A model generated the notes under the pieces. The model ran no database searches. It was given only the letters and a program-made list of their open reading frames with translations, and had not been told where the DNA came from. Shown in pieces: positions 46,660-55,846 of a stretch of DNA of 64,000 nucleotides; the first letter of the stretch is position 1; every line of letters starts with the position of its first letter. The translations under genes and the position numbers were made by a program. This DNA comes from an uncultured Oscillospiraceae bacterium (GTDB lineage: Bacteria > Bacillota > Clostridia > Oscillospirales > Oscillospiraceae), in NCBI GenBank assembly GCA_944387065.1, contig CALXDM010000007.1, positions 8,864-72,863 on the forward strand, given 5' to 3'.

Positions 46660-47519
46660 ACCCTTCTCCCCCGTCTCCCGATCATCACAAGAACCACCCC
46701 CAGGATCACCAGCACGCCCGCGGCCCCGCCCACGGCCAACAGCACCGGCACCCTGATAAACGCGTGGTAGGTATCGCCTGTCCCCTGACCCGCCGTGCCG
46801 CCCGATCCTTCCCCCGCATCAGCATTGTAGATATTCAGGCCGTCCAGGCGCTCCAGATCCCCGCCGTCTGCTTGGGCCGCTTCCGACGGCTCGGCCTCCT
46901 CCTCGATGGGAGTAGCGGAGAGGGAGGCCCAGTCCACCGTCAAATTGGCCGGGTACCGATCCGCCGTGAACTGGGTGCCCATGACATTGCTGTTGATGTA
47001 GAGCGTCAGGCCATATGTATCCCGCTCCTCCTGGACGGGGAAGGTGATGGAGTCCACATAGTGGACCTGCTCCTGGCGCGCGTTCTCGGCGGTGTCGTCG
47101 CTCAGGGTATAGCGCACCCCCTCGGTCACCAAGGTACCGTCAGCCTCGTAATAGCCGATGGTACCGCTGCGCACCCCATCGGTGTCCGTCACATAGCTGG
47201 GGGACGCATCCAGGAAGGTGTCGCAGGTGATGCCGTAAATGGTAACTTGGCTTTTGGTGAAGTACAGGGTGAGGGAGCGGCCCCCGGTCTCGTCCACCTC
47301 CACCTGGGCCATGGTCAAAAGGGGTGTGCCAAACTCCACACCCCCCATGGCGTTTACATAGCAGGAGAGCTCTGCCTGCACATAGTAGCTGCCCGCAGGC
47401 AAGCCACTGGCCCCGTGGGCGGTGGGTACCGCCGTCCCCAAGCAGACTGCCGCCAGGGCCGCGGCCCCCAGAAGGAGCCGTTTCCATCTGCTGCTGCACG
47501 TCCGACTGCTGCGCGACAT
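46656..47519 (-). CDS. Secreted protein: diverged copy of the novel domain plus C-terminal TM anchor and basic tail
   Basis: Signal peptide; YVNAMGG, QVTIY, YVDSITFPV, NSNVMG, VDW; hydrophobic helix then GRRGRRV; SD aggagg. Confidence 0.85.
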   Translation of the reverse strand: MSRSSRTCSSRWKRLLLGAAALAAVCLGTAVPTAHGASGLPAGSYYVQAELSCYVNAMGGVEFGTPLLTMAQVEVDETGGRSLTLYFTKSQVTIYGITCDTFLDASPSYVTDTDGVRSGTIGYYEADGTLVTEGVRYTLSDDTAENARQEQVHYVDSITFPVQEERDTYGLTLYINSNVMGTQFTADRYPANLTVDWASLSATPIEEEAEPSEAAQADGGDLERLDGLNIYNADAGEGSGGTAGQGTGDTYHAFIRVPVLLAVGGAAGVLVILGVVLVMIGRRGRRV

Positions 47520-47618
47520 AGGGATCCTCCTTATCCGTTGAAATGTTGCCTGGCCGGAACCGGGTGGGCTGTAGCGCTGCCCGACTGGCTCCGTCCAGGG
47601 TCATCTCCCCCACAAGAA

Positions 47619-47634
47619 GTTAGCTATTGCTAAC
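47619..47634. promoter_or_regulatory. Operator palindrome in heme operon leader
   Basis: GTTAGC-tatt-GCTAAC, perfect 6-bp arms. Confidence 0.7.
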
Positions 47635-47789
47635 CGTGTGGGAAAAGAAAAAGCGCTTCCGGCAGCAGCGCTCTGCCTTGCCCACAGGCGTCCTCACTTG
47701 GGGTGCAAGGCCCTGACTGATCCCATGGTGGACCTCCCTGCCCCTCCCAAGGGCTGCCTTCCGGCCCAGCAGGCGGCTGCTCCCCATCA

Positions 47790-47833
47790 GTTAGCTTATG
47801 CTAACAATAGCACATCCAGTCCTTGCCTGTCAA
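47790..47833 (-). promoter_or_regulatory. Heme operon promoter with overlapping operator
   Basis: TTGACA(47828-33)-N18-TATTGT(47804-09) with TG; GTTAGC-ttat-GCTAAC at 47790-47805 overlaps -10 and start site. Confidence 0.7.
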
Positions 47834-47916
47834 TCCCAATCCAGGAGAAATTTTTGAATTGTATCTGGGTGGGCCGGCTGCTGCCAGAAAGCGAATGATT
47901 CGAAGGGGCACTTTGC

Positions 47917-47951
47917 GAAAAAAGAGGGACCGGCCTTTGCCGGTCCCTCTT
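47917..47951 (-). terminator. Terminator after tuf
   Basis: 13-bp stem aagagggaccggc / gccggtccctctt with T run on minus strand. Confidence 0.8.
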
Positions 47952-47964
47952 GCCTCTTGATGGA

Positions 47965-49170
<1,206 letters not shown>

Positions 49171-49290
49171 TTCTGCGTTTCCTCCTTATACTTCCACTAA
49201 AAGATTGAATTGGCACGGACCCCGCATTCTGCGGAATATTTTATCGCATGGGCGGGAAAAAAGCAACCATATTTTTTCCCTCGCCCCAGC

Positions 49291-51402
49291 TCATCCCTCG
49301 TCCTTGCGGCTGCGCTGGGCAATGATCTTCTCGGCGATGTTCCGGGGGATCTCCACATAGCTGTGGGGCTCCATGGAGTACTGGCCCCGCCCCTGGGTGC
49401 GGGAGCGCAGATCGGTGGCATAGCCGAACATCTCGCTCAGGGGGACCAGCGCGTCGATCTGCTGGGCGCCGGGCCGGGCCTCCATGCCCAGGATCTGGCC
49501 CCGGCGGGCGTTCAGGTCGCCGATAACGTCGCCCATATAGTCCTCGGGGACGATGACGGACACCTTCATGATGGGCTCCAGTAGGCAGGGGTCAGCCTTG
49601 CGGCAGGCCTCCTTAAAGGCCATGGAGCCGGCAATCTTAAAGGCCATCTCCGAGGAGTCTACCTCGTGGTAGGAGCCAAAGGTGAGGTGCACCTTTACAT
49701 CCACCACGGGATAGCCGGCCAGCACGCCGGCCTGCATCGCCCCCTGGATGCCCGCGTCCACCGCGGGGATATACTCCTTGGGGATGACACCGCCGGTGAT
49801 CTCGTTGAGGAACTCGTAGCCCTTACCGGGCTCGTTGGGTTCCACGGTGATGCGCACATGGCCGTACTGGCCCTTACCCCCGGACTGGCGGGCATACTTG
49901 GTGTCCTGCTCGGTGCTCTTCTTGATGGTCTCCTTGTAGGCCACCTGGGGCGCGCCCACGTTGGCCTCCACCTTGTACTCCCGCAGCAGCCGGTCCACGA
50001 TGATCTCCAGATGGAGCTCGCCCATGCCGGCGATGATGGTCTGGCCAGTCTCCTCGTCGGTGTAGGTCTTGAAGGTGGGGTCCTCCTCAGCCAGCTTCAT
50101 CAGGGCCACGCCCATCTTCTCCTGGCCTGCCTTGGTCTTGGGCTCGATGGCCACCCGGATCACGGGATCGGGGAACTCCATGGACTCCAGGATGATGGGG
50201 TGCTTGTCATCACACAGGGTATCGCCGGTGGTGGAGTTCTTCAGGCCCACCACGGCGGCAATGTCGCCGGAGTACACCTCCTCGATGTCCTCCCGATGGT
50301 TGGCGTGCATCTGCAGGATGCGCCCGATGCGCTCCTTCTGCCCCTTGGTGGCGTTGAGCACGGTGGAACCGGTGGTCAGCTTGCCGGAGTAGACTCGGAT
50401 GAAGGACAGCCGGCCCACAAAGGGGTCGGTCATGATCTTAAAGGCCAGGGCGGAGAAGGGGGCATTGTCGTCAGCGGGACGCTCGTCCTCCTCCTCGCTG
50501 TCGGGCAGCACCCCCTTGATGGCGGGGATATCCACCGGGGAGGGCATGAAGTCCACGATGGCGTCCAGCAGCTTCTGCACGCCCTTGTTGCGGTAGGAGG
50601 TGCCACAGGTCACCGGGACCAGCAGGTTCTCAATGGTCCCCTTGCGCAGGGCGGCCCGGATCATCTCAGCGGGCACCTCCTGCTCCTCCAGCACCAGCAT
50701 CATGATCTCCTCGTCAATGTCGGCGCAGGCGTCCAGCAGCTTGGAGCGATACTCCTGGGCCCGCTCCAGCATATCGGCGGGAATGTCCTCCACCCGCATG
50801 TCCTTGCCCAGGTCGTCATAGTAAACGTCGGCCTTCATCTCCACCAGGTCGATGATGCCCTTAAAGCTGTCCTCCGAGCCGATGGGCAGCTGGATGGGCA
50901 CGGCGTTAGCCTTCAGCCGGTCCTGGATCATGTTCAGCACGTTGTAGAAGTCCGCGCCCATGATGTCCATCTTGTTGACATAGATCATCCGGGGCACCCG
51001 GTAGTGATCGGCCTGGCGCCACACCGTCTCGGACTGGGGCTCCACCCCGCCCTTGGCGCACAGAACCGTCACCGACCCGTCCAGCACCCGCAGGGAGCGC
51101 TCCACCTCCACGGTGAAGTCCACATGGCCTGGGGTGTCGATGATGTTGATGCGAGTCTGGGGGAACTGGTTGGAGCTGCCCTGCCAGAAGCAGGTGGTGG
51201 CCGCTGAGGTGATGGTGATGCCCCGCTCCTGCTCCTGGGCCATCCAGTCCATGGTGGCCGTGCCGTCGTGGGTCTCGCCAATCTTGTAATTGACGCCGGT
51301 GTAGTAGAGGATCCGCTCGGTCGTCGTGGTCTTGCCGGCATCGATGTGGGCCATGATGCCGATGTTTCTGGTGTTTTCCAGCGAGGTTTTTCTGTTTGCC
51401 AT
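49291..51402 (-). CDS. fusA: Elongation factor G
   Basis: [41 protein letters not shown]. Confidence 0.99.
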   Translation of the reverse strand: MANRKTSLENTRNIGIMAHIDAGKTTTTERILYYTGVNYKIGETHDGTATMDWMAQEQERGITITSAATTCFWQGSSNQFPQTRINIIDTPGHVDFTVEVERSLRVLDGSVTVLCAKGGVEPQSETVWRQADHYRVPRMIYVNKMDIMGADFYNVLNMIQDRLKANAVPIQLPIGSEDSFKGIIDLVEMKADVYYDDLGKDMRVEDIPADMLERAQEYRSKLLDACADIDEEIMMLVLEEQEVPAEMIRAALRKGTIENLLVPVTCGTSYRNKGVQKLLDAIVDFMPSPVDIPAIKGVLPDSEEEDERPADDNAPFSALAFKIMTDPFVGRLSFIRVYSGKLTTGSTVLNATKGQKERIGRILQMHANHREDIEEVYSGDIAAVVGLKNSTTGDTLCDDKHPIILESMEFPDPVIRVAIEPKTKAGQEKMGVALMKLAEEDPTFKTYTDEETGQTIIAGMGELHLEIIVDRLLREYKVEANVGAPQVAYKETIKKSTEQDTKYARQSGGKGQYGHVRITVEPNEPGKGYEFLNEITGGVIPKEYIPAVDAGIQGAMQAGVLAGYPVVDVKVHLTFGSYHEVDSSEMAFKIAGSMAFKEACRKADPCLLEPIMKVSVIVPEDYMGDVIGDLNARRGQILGMEARPGAQQIDALVPLSEMFGYATDLRSRTQGRGQYSMEPHSYVEIPRNIAEKIIAQRSRKDEG

Positions 51403-51420
51403 TTCTGCTTTCCTCCCCGA

Positions 51421-51891
51421 TTACCAGCGGTAATGGGCGAAGGCCTTGTTGGATTCCGCCATCTTGTGCGTGTCCTCACGCTTCTTTACGGCGGAACCGG
51501 TGTTGTTGGCCGCGTCCATAATCTCGCCCGCCAGCCGCTCCCGCATGGTCTTCTCCCCGCGGTTGCGGGAGTAAGCGGTCAGCCAGCGCAGGCCCAGGGT
51601 CTGACGGCGCTCAGGGCGCACCTCGATGGGCACCTGGTAGGTGGCGCCGCCCACCCGGCGGGCCTTGACCTCCAGGGAAGGCATGATGTTCTCAATGGCA
51701 GCGGTAAAGACCTCCAGAGGCTCCTGGCCGGTCTTATCCTTGATGATGTCAAACGCCCCGTAGACGACCTTCTGGGCCACGCCCTTCTTGCCGTCCAGCA
51801 TGATGCTGTTGACGAGTTTGGTAACTAAGACGGAATGGTACAGCGGGTCTGGAAGAATCTCCCGCTTGGGCACGTTTCCTCTTCTGGGCAC
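51421..51891 (-). CDS. rpsG: 30S ribosomal protein S7
   Basis: GTG start; [27 protein letters not shown]. Confidence 0.99.
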   Translation of the reverse strand: MPRRGNVPKREILPDPLYHSVLVTKLVNSIMLDGKKGVAQKVVYGAFDIIKDKTGQEPLEVFTAAIENIMPSLEVKARRVGGATYQVPIEVRPERRQTLGLRWLTAYSRNRGEKTMRERLAGEIMDAANNTGSAVKKREDTHKMAESNKAFAHYRW

Positions 51892-52106
51892 TTTGCTTCC
51901 CTCCTTCTTATTCCATAGAAATCATAGGTACTCAAAGCCTGACCTGCGCCGGGGCGCCGGTCCGCATGGCTCCGTACAATGCCTGTCCGAGGTTTTCCCG
52001 TCCATCGTGATATTCGGTAAACGCTCGGCAAGGCGGGATTGCCCTGCGCGAATGCGCACAATGCAATATAGGTTTGCCCCTTGTCCGGGGCGCTGCCGGG
52101 AAGGGC

Positions 52107-52529
52107 TTACTTCTTGCCGGCCTTGGGCCGCTTGGCGCCGTACTTGGAGCGCCCCTGCATCCGGCCGTTGACACCCTGGGTGTCCAGCGTGCCGCGGATG
52201 ATGTGGTAGCGCACGCCGGGCAGGTCCTTCACACGGCCGCCGCGGATCATGACCACGGAGTGCTCCTGCAGGTTGTGGCCCTCGCCGGGAATGTAGGCGG
52301 TGACCTCATAGCCGTTGGTCAGGCGCACACGGGCGATCTTGCGCAGCGCGGAGTTGGGCTTTTTGGGGGTGAAGGTACGCACCACCGTGCACACCCCCCG
52401 CTTCTGGGGAGAGGGCAGGTTGGTCTGCTTCCCCTTCAGGGTGTTCAGCCCATGCTGCATGGCCGGGGAGTTGGACTTGTACACGCTCTTCTCCCGTCCC
52501 TTGCGGACCAGTTGGTTAAAAGTAGGCAT
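52107..52529 (-). CDS. rpsL: 30S ribosomal protein S12
   Basis: [30 protein letters not shown]. Confidence 0.99.
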   Translation of the reverse strand: MPTFNQLVRKGREKSVYKSNSPAMQHGLNTLKGKQTNLPSPQKRGVCTVVRTFTPKKPNSALRKIARVRLTNGYEVTAYIPGEGHNLQEHSVVMIRGGRVKDLPGVRYHIIRGTLDTQGVNGRMQGRSKYGAKRPKAGKK

Positions 52530-52602
52530 ACTGTTCCTCCTTTCCATAAACTTATATTTTAACGAAACCTCCGAAGATTATTCGTTAAAACCAGTACAAC
52601 CT

Positions 52603-52842
52603 TTAAATTAGGGCTGCCACGGCGGCCCCCACGGCCAGCCCGCAGGCCCGGCCCAGCTCGCCCATGGCGTCGGCCCATTGAACCGGGACGCCTGCCTCCT
52701 GCGCCAGCAGGGCCAGGGGCTGCGTCAGCGCCGGGTCCGCGTCCCGGGCCAGGAACACCACCTTGGCCCTTCCGTCCCGGAGCGCTCGGCGGGTCTGCTT
52801 AATGCCCGCCACTCTCTCCCCGTGCTCCAGCCGGGTCAGCAT
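52603..52842 (-). CDS. L7Ae-family ribosome-associated protein (YbxF-like)
   Basis: GIKQTRRAL..G.A..VFLARDAD, ELGRACG; first gene of str operon. Confidence 0.88.
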   Translation of the reverse strand: MLTRLEHGERVAGIKQTRRALRDGRAKVVFLARDADPALTQPLALLAQEAGVPVQWADAMGELGRACGLAVGAAVAALI

Positions 52843-52881
52843 CGGGCAGCCCTCCTTTTTGGCATATCAGCGCAATTTGGG

Positions 52882-52910
52882 ATTATAACACAAGAGTTTC
52901 CAGCCGTCAA
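52882..52910 (-). promoter_or_regulatory. sigmaA promoter of str operon
   Basis: TTGACG-N17-TATAAT with extended TG. Confidence 0.85.
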
Positions 52911-53013
52911 GCAAATCCGTGCGTTTTTGTGGAAACCCCCGTCCGCCTGACCCACGCCTCCCTTCCCCCGCCCTGTCCGCCCAGGATTGGACAGGATCCC
53001 CCTTTTTCTCCCC

Positions 53014-53042
53014 TTGCGGCCCCGGTGCTTTCATGGTATACT
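53014..53042 (+). promoter_or_regulatory. sigmaA promoter of smpB
   Basis: TTGCGG-N17-TATACT with extended TG. Confidence 0.65.
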
Positions 53043-53073
53043 GTGTCTCGTGTCGGAAGGGAGGGATGGCTCC

Positions 53074-53535
53074 ATGGCCAGGGGCGGCACCAAGCAGGTG
53101 GCGGCCAACCGCAAGGCGTTTCACGACTACTTCATTGAGGACAGGCTGGAGACCGGCATCGCGCTGGCGGGCACCGAGGTCAAGTCTATCCGCCAGGGCG
53201 GGGCCAATCTCAAGGACTCCTTTTGCGTGGTAAAGGAGGGCGAGCTCTTTCTCCACGGGATGCACATCTCTCCCTATGAGAAGGGGAACATCTTCAACAA
53301 GGACCCCCGACGCACCCGGAAGCTGTTGGCCCACCGTCGGGAAATCCGAAAGCTCCAGGCCAAGGCCCAGCAGGACGGCTATGCCATCGTCCCCCTCTCC
53401 CTCTATTTTTCCGGCTCAAGGGTCAAAGTGGAGATCGCCCTGGCTAAGGGCAAGAAGCTCTATGACAAACGGGAGGCAGCGGCCAAGCGGGATGCCAAGC
53501 GGGAGATGGACCGGTCCTCTCGGGGCCGCTATTGA
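53074..53535 (+). CDS. smpB: SsrA-binding protein
   Basis: [36 protein letters not shown]. Confidence 0.98.
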   Translation: MARGGTKQVAANRKAFHDYFIEDRLETGIALAGTEVKSIRQGGANLKDSFCVVKEGELFLHGMHISPYEKGNIFNKDPRRTRKLLAHRREIRKLQAKAQQDGYAIVPLSLYFSGSRVKVEIALAKGKKLYDKREAAAKRDAKREMDRSSRGRY

Positions 53536-53589
53536 GCGCATTGATTCTCTCAAAAGATATACCATATGATGAAAAGGAGTGTGCTTTCC

Positions 53590-54111
53590 ATGGCTCAAAA
53601 CCCCATGGTCACCATCGAGATGGAGCATGGCGGCGTGATGCGCGCCGAGCTGTATCCCGATGTGGCCCCCAATACGGTACGCAACTTCATCTCCCTGGCC
53701 CGGAAGGGTTTCTACGATGGCCTGGGCTTTCACCGGGTCATCCCCGGCTTCATGATCCAGGGCGGCTGCCCAGACGGCACCGGCATGGGCGGCCCAGGCT
53801 ATGCCATCCGGGGCGAGTTTACCCAGAACCGCTTCCCCAACGACCTGGCCCATGACCGGGGGGTACTCTCCATGGCCCGTACTATGCAGCCCAACTCGGC
53901 CGGCAGCCAATTCTTCATCATGGTGGACAAAGCGCCCCACCTGGACGGGGCCTACGCTGCCTTTGGCAAGGTGTTGGAGGGCATGGAAGTGGCCGACGCC
54001 ATCGTCAACAGCCAACGGGATCCCAGTGACAAGCCCTTGGTCCCCCAGCGCATGAAGTCTGTTACTGTGGACACTTTTGGGGTAGACTACCCAGAGCCGG
54101 AGACAGTTTAA
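53590..54111 (+). CDS. ppiB: Cyclophilin-type PPIase
   Basis: APNTVRNF, FHRVIPGFMIQGG, LSMART, AGSQFFI, LDGAYAAFG. Confidence 0.95.
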   Translation: MAQNPMVTIEMEHGGVMRAELYPDVAPNTVRNFISLARKGFYDGLGFHRVIPGFMIQGGCPDGTGMGGPGYAIRGEFTQNRFPNDLAHDRGVLSMARTMQPNSAGSQFFIMVDKAPHLDGAYAAFGKVLEGMEVADAIVNSQRDPSDKPLVPQRMKSVTVDTFGVDYPEPETV

Positions 54112-54194
54112 CCCTTCCGCACCAGCGGCAAAACGCCCTGGCGCAGCTTCCCGCGCAAGCGGAACGCGGAGCACGGTAGACGTTGCTCCCACGA

Positions 54195-54540
54195 GGGGGC
54201 GTACTGGTTTCGACGGGGGTAGGGAAACGGGAATAGCGAGCGGATGCGCCCAGCATCCTAAAAATGGGCAACTATAAATTAAAGAACGACGATAACGTAG
54301 TTCTCGCCGCGGCTTAACGCGGCCGTCCTGCCCGGAAGGACCACGAGCCGGGTCTGGGCGTGAAATGAGTGGTGAACGTGCGTATGGAAAGAGTTGACCG
54401 TACCACGCATGATGACTCTACCAATCCCCTGAGTGTGGCGGCCCACGCTTGGGTGCGGGAATGTAATGGACCGCCTGCGCTCGGAGAAGTTCCCGTGGAT
54501 CTGCTTTCGGACAGGGGTTCGACTCCCCTCGCCTCCACCA
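54195..54540 (+). ncRNA. ssrA: tmRNA
   Basis: 5' GGGGGCG pairs with 3' CGCCUCC-ACCA including G3-U; GGUUCGACUCCC T-arm; tag ORF ending NDDNVVLAAA-TAA at 54317. Confidence 0.97.
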
Positions 54541-54543
54541 AAG

Positions 54544-54595
54544 AAGAACCGTGATTTTGATACAATGCGTATCAAGGTTGCGGTTCTTTCTTTTT
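54544..54595 (+). terminator. Hairpin and T tract after tmRNA
   Basis: aagaaccg / cggttctt outer stem, ttgatac / gtatcaa inner stem, then tctttttt-like tract. Confidence 0.65.
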
Positions 54596-54778
54596 GCCTG
54601 AAAGCCCTGATTTCAAGGACTTTCGGGTCTTTTATCGACCCCAGCTGCCGCCAGACAAAGCGATAGCCTGCCGCCGACCCCGTCCGCAAAGACGCTGGGT
54701 AGCAGCAGGCTATCGTTTATTTTATGGGTATCGTTTCATTTGTGAGCTATCGTTTAATTGTTAATCCAGGAAATTTTC

Positions 54779-55846
54779 TTAATTGGAAGCCGTTAGGTGA
54801 AAATGTTCCTCGGCAATCCCATTCAGTTGGGCGGCGATCTCGGAAAAATCCCGGTTCAGATCCAGGGTTCGAACGCTGATCTGGTTGCCGCTCATCTGGT
54901 AGCGGTTATTTGGCTGAACGGCTTCATCTGTTGCCGCATAGAGCAGCATCCCTGAAACCGTATGCGGCTTGTCCCCAAATTCCGCATCCTTATTCTTGAC
55001 GTAGGTAAAAATCTGATACAAATTGCTGGAGTGGATCGTGTGGACATCGTACTGGGCTTGTGTGGTATGGGTGTAGTACTTGGCGTCAATGATCAGCACC
55101 TTGCTGCCTTTTGTGAGCATGATATCGCTCTGCATGACCGGCAACATTGTCCCGATGCCGTCATCCAAGGCCCAGGGAATCTGTGAAGCCGTTGCTGTCA
55201 CCTGTGGACATTCCTTCACATAGTATTCGAGAATGAATTTCTCATACAGACGGTTCATGCGCTGCTCATCGACAAAGGAAGCCAGCTTGTATTCTCCGGA
55301 ATCTGTTGTCAAAAGCATCCCTTCCAGAATGAACTGGCATAAGCTGATAAGCATACGATAGGTATTGTTGTTTCTCTGAAACCGAATAGCTGACCAGCGG
55401 ATCGTAGAGGGATCGATTGTGTCAACATTTGAGAAGAACAACATTTCTTTCTTCAGATCGCTTTTGTATTCCTGATCCACTCTCGCGTGCCGGAGTAGAA
55501 GCATAACAGTCGTTTTGAGTATCTGATTCAAGAGATTGTTTTCAGAAAGCTCATCGTACTCGCAGGTCAGCACCCGCTTTCTGGCAAGGCGGTTCTGAAT
55601 GGTCCCCGGCATGTCGATCTTGCCCCGGACTACAGCAACATCCTCTTTCCGGTTCAAATACTCCCGGTATAGGCCCTGCTTCAACTGTCTGCTGATTCCC
55701 TTAGCCAGAATCGCAGCGAAGAGGTTATGCATGTTCTCGAACTCTTCAGTAGCAACATCCTCATAACCGCCTTGATTCAGCGTCGTGAAGGCATACGAAA
55801 GCATATAGTATACGTTTTTTATGAAGATGCTCTTGTCCTTAATCAT
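54779..55846 (-). CDS. mcrC: McrC-type nuclease subunit
   Basis: NVYYMLSYAF, MNRLYEKFI, QSDIML..., IIDAKYY, NLYQIFTY; 4-bp overlap with mcrB. Confidence 0.93.
   Translation of the reverse strand: MIKDKSIFIKNVYYMLSYAFTTLNQGGYEDVATEEFENMHNLFAAILAKGISRQLKQGLYREYLNRKEDVAVVRGKIDMPGTIQNRLARKRVLTCEYDELSENNLLNQILKTTVMLLLRHARVDQEYKSDLKKEMLFFSNVDTIDPSTIRWSAIRFQRNNNTYRMLISLCQFILEGMLLTTDSGEYKLASFVDEQRMNRLYEKFILEYYVKECPQVTATASQIPWALDDGIGTMLPVMQSDIMLTKGSKVLIIDAKYYTHTTQAQYDVHTIHSSNLYQIFTYVKNKDAEFGDKPHTVSGMLLYAATDEAVQPNNRYQMSGNQISVRTLDLNRDFSEIAAQLNGIAEEHFHLTASN

Noticed and set aside
46770-46800. Sortase signal in the TM-anchored domain protein
   Set aside because: GQGTGD lacks the Pro of LPxTG/PxTG and no sortase is nearby; treated as a TM anchor, though a degenerate signal is not excluded.
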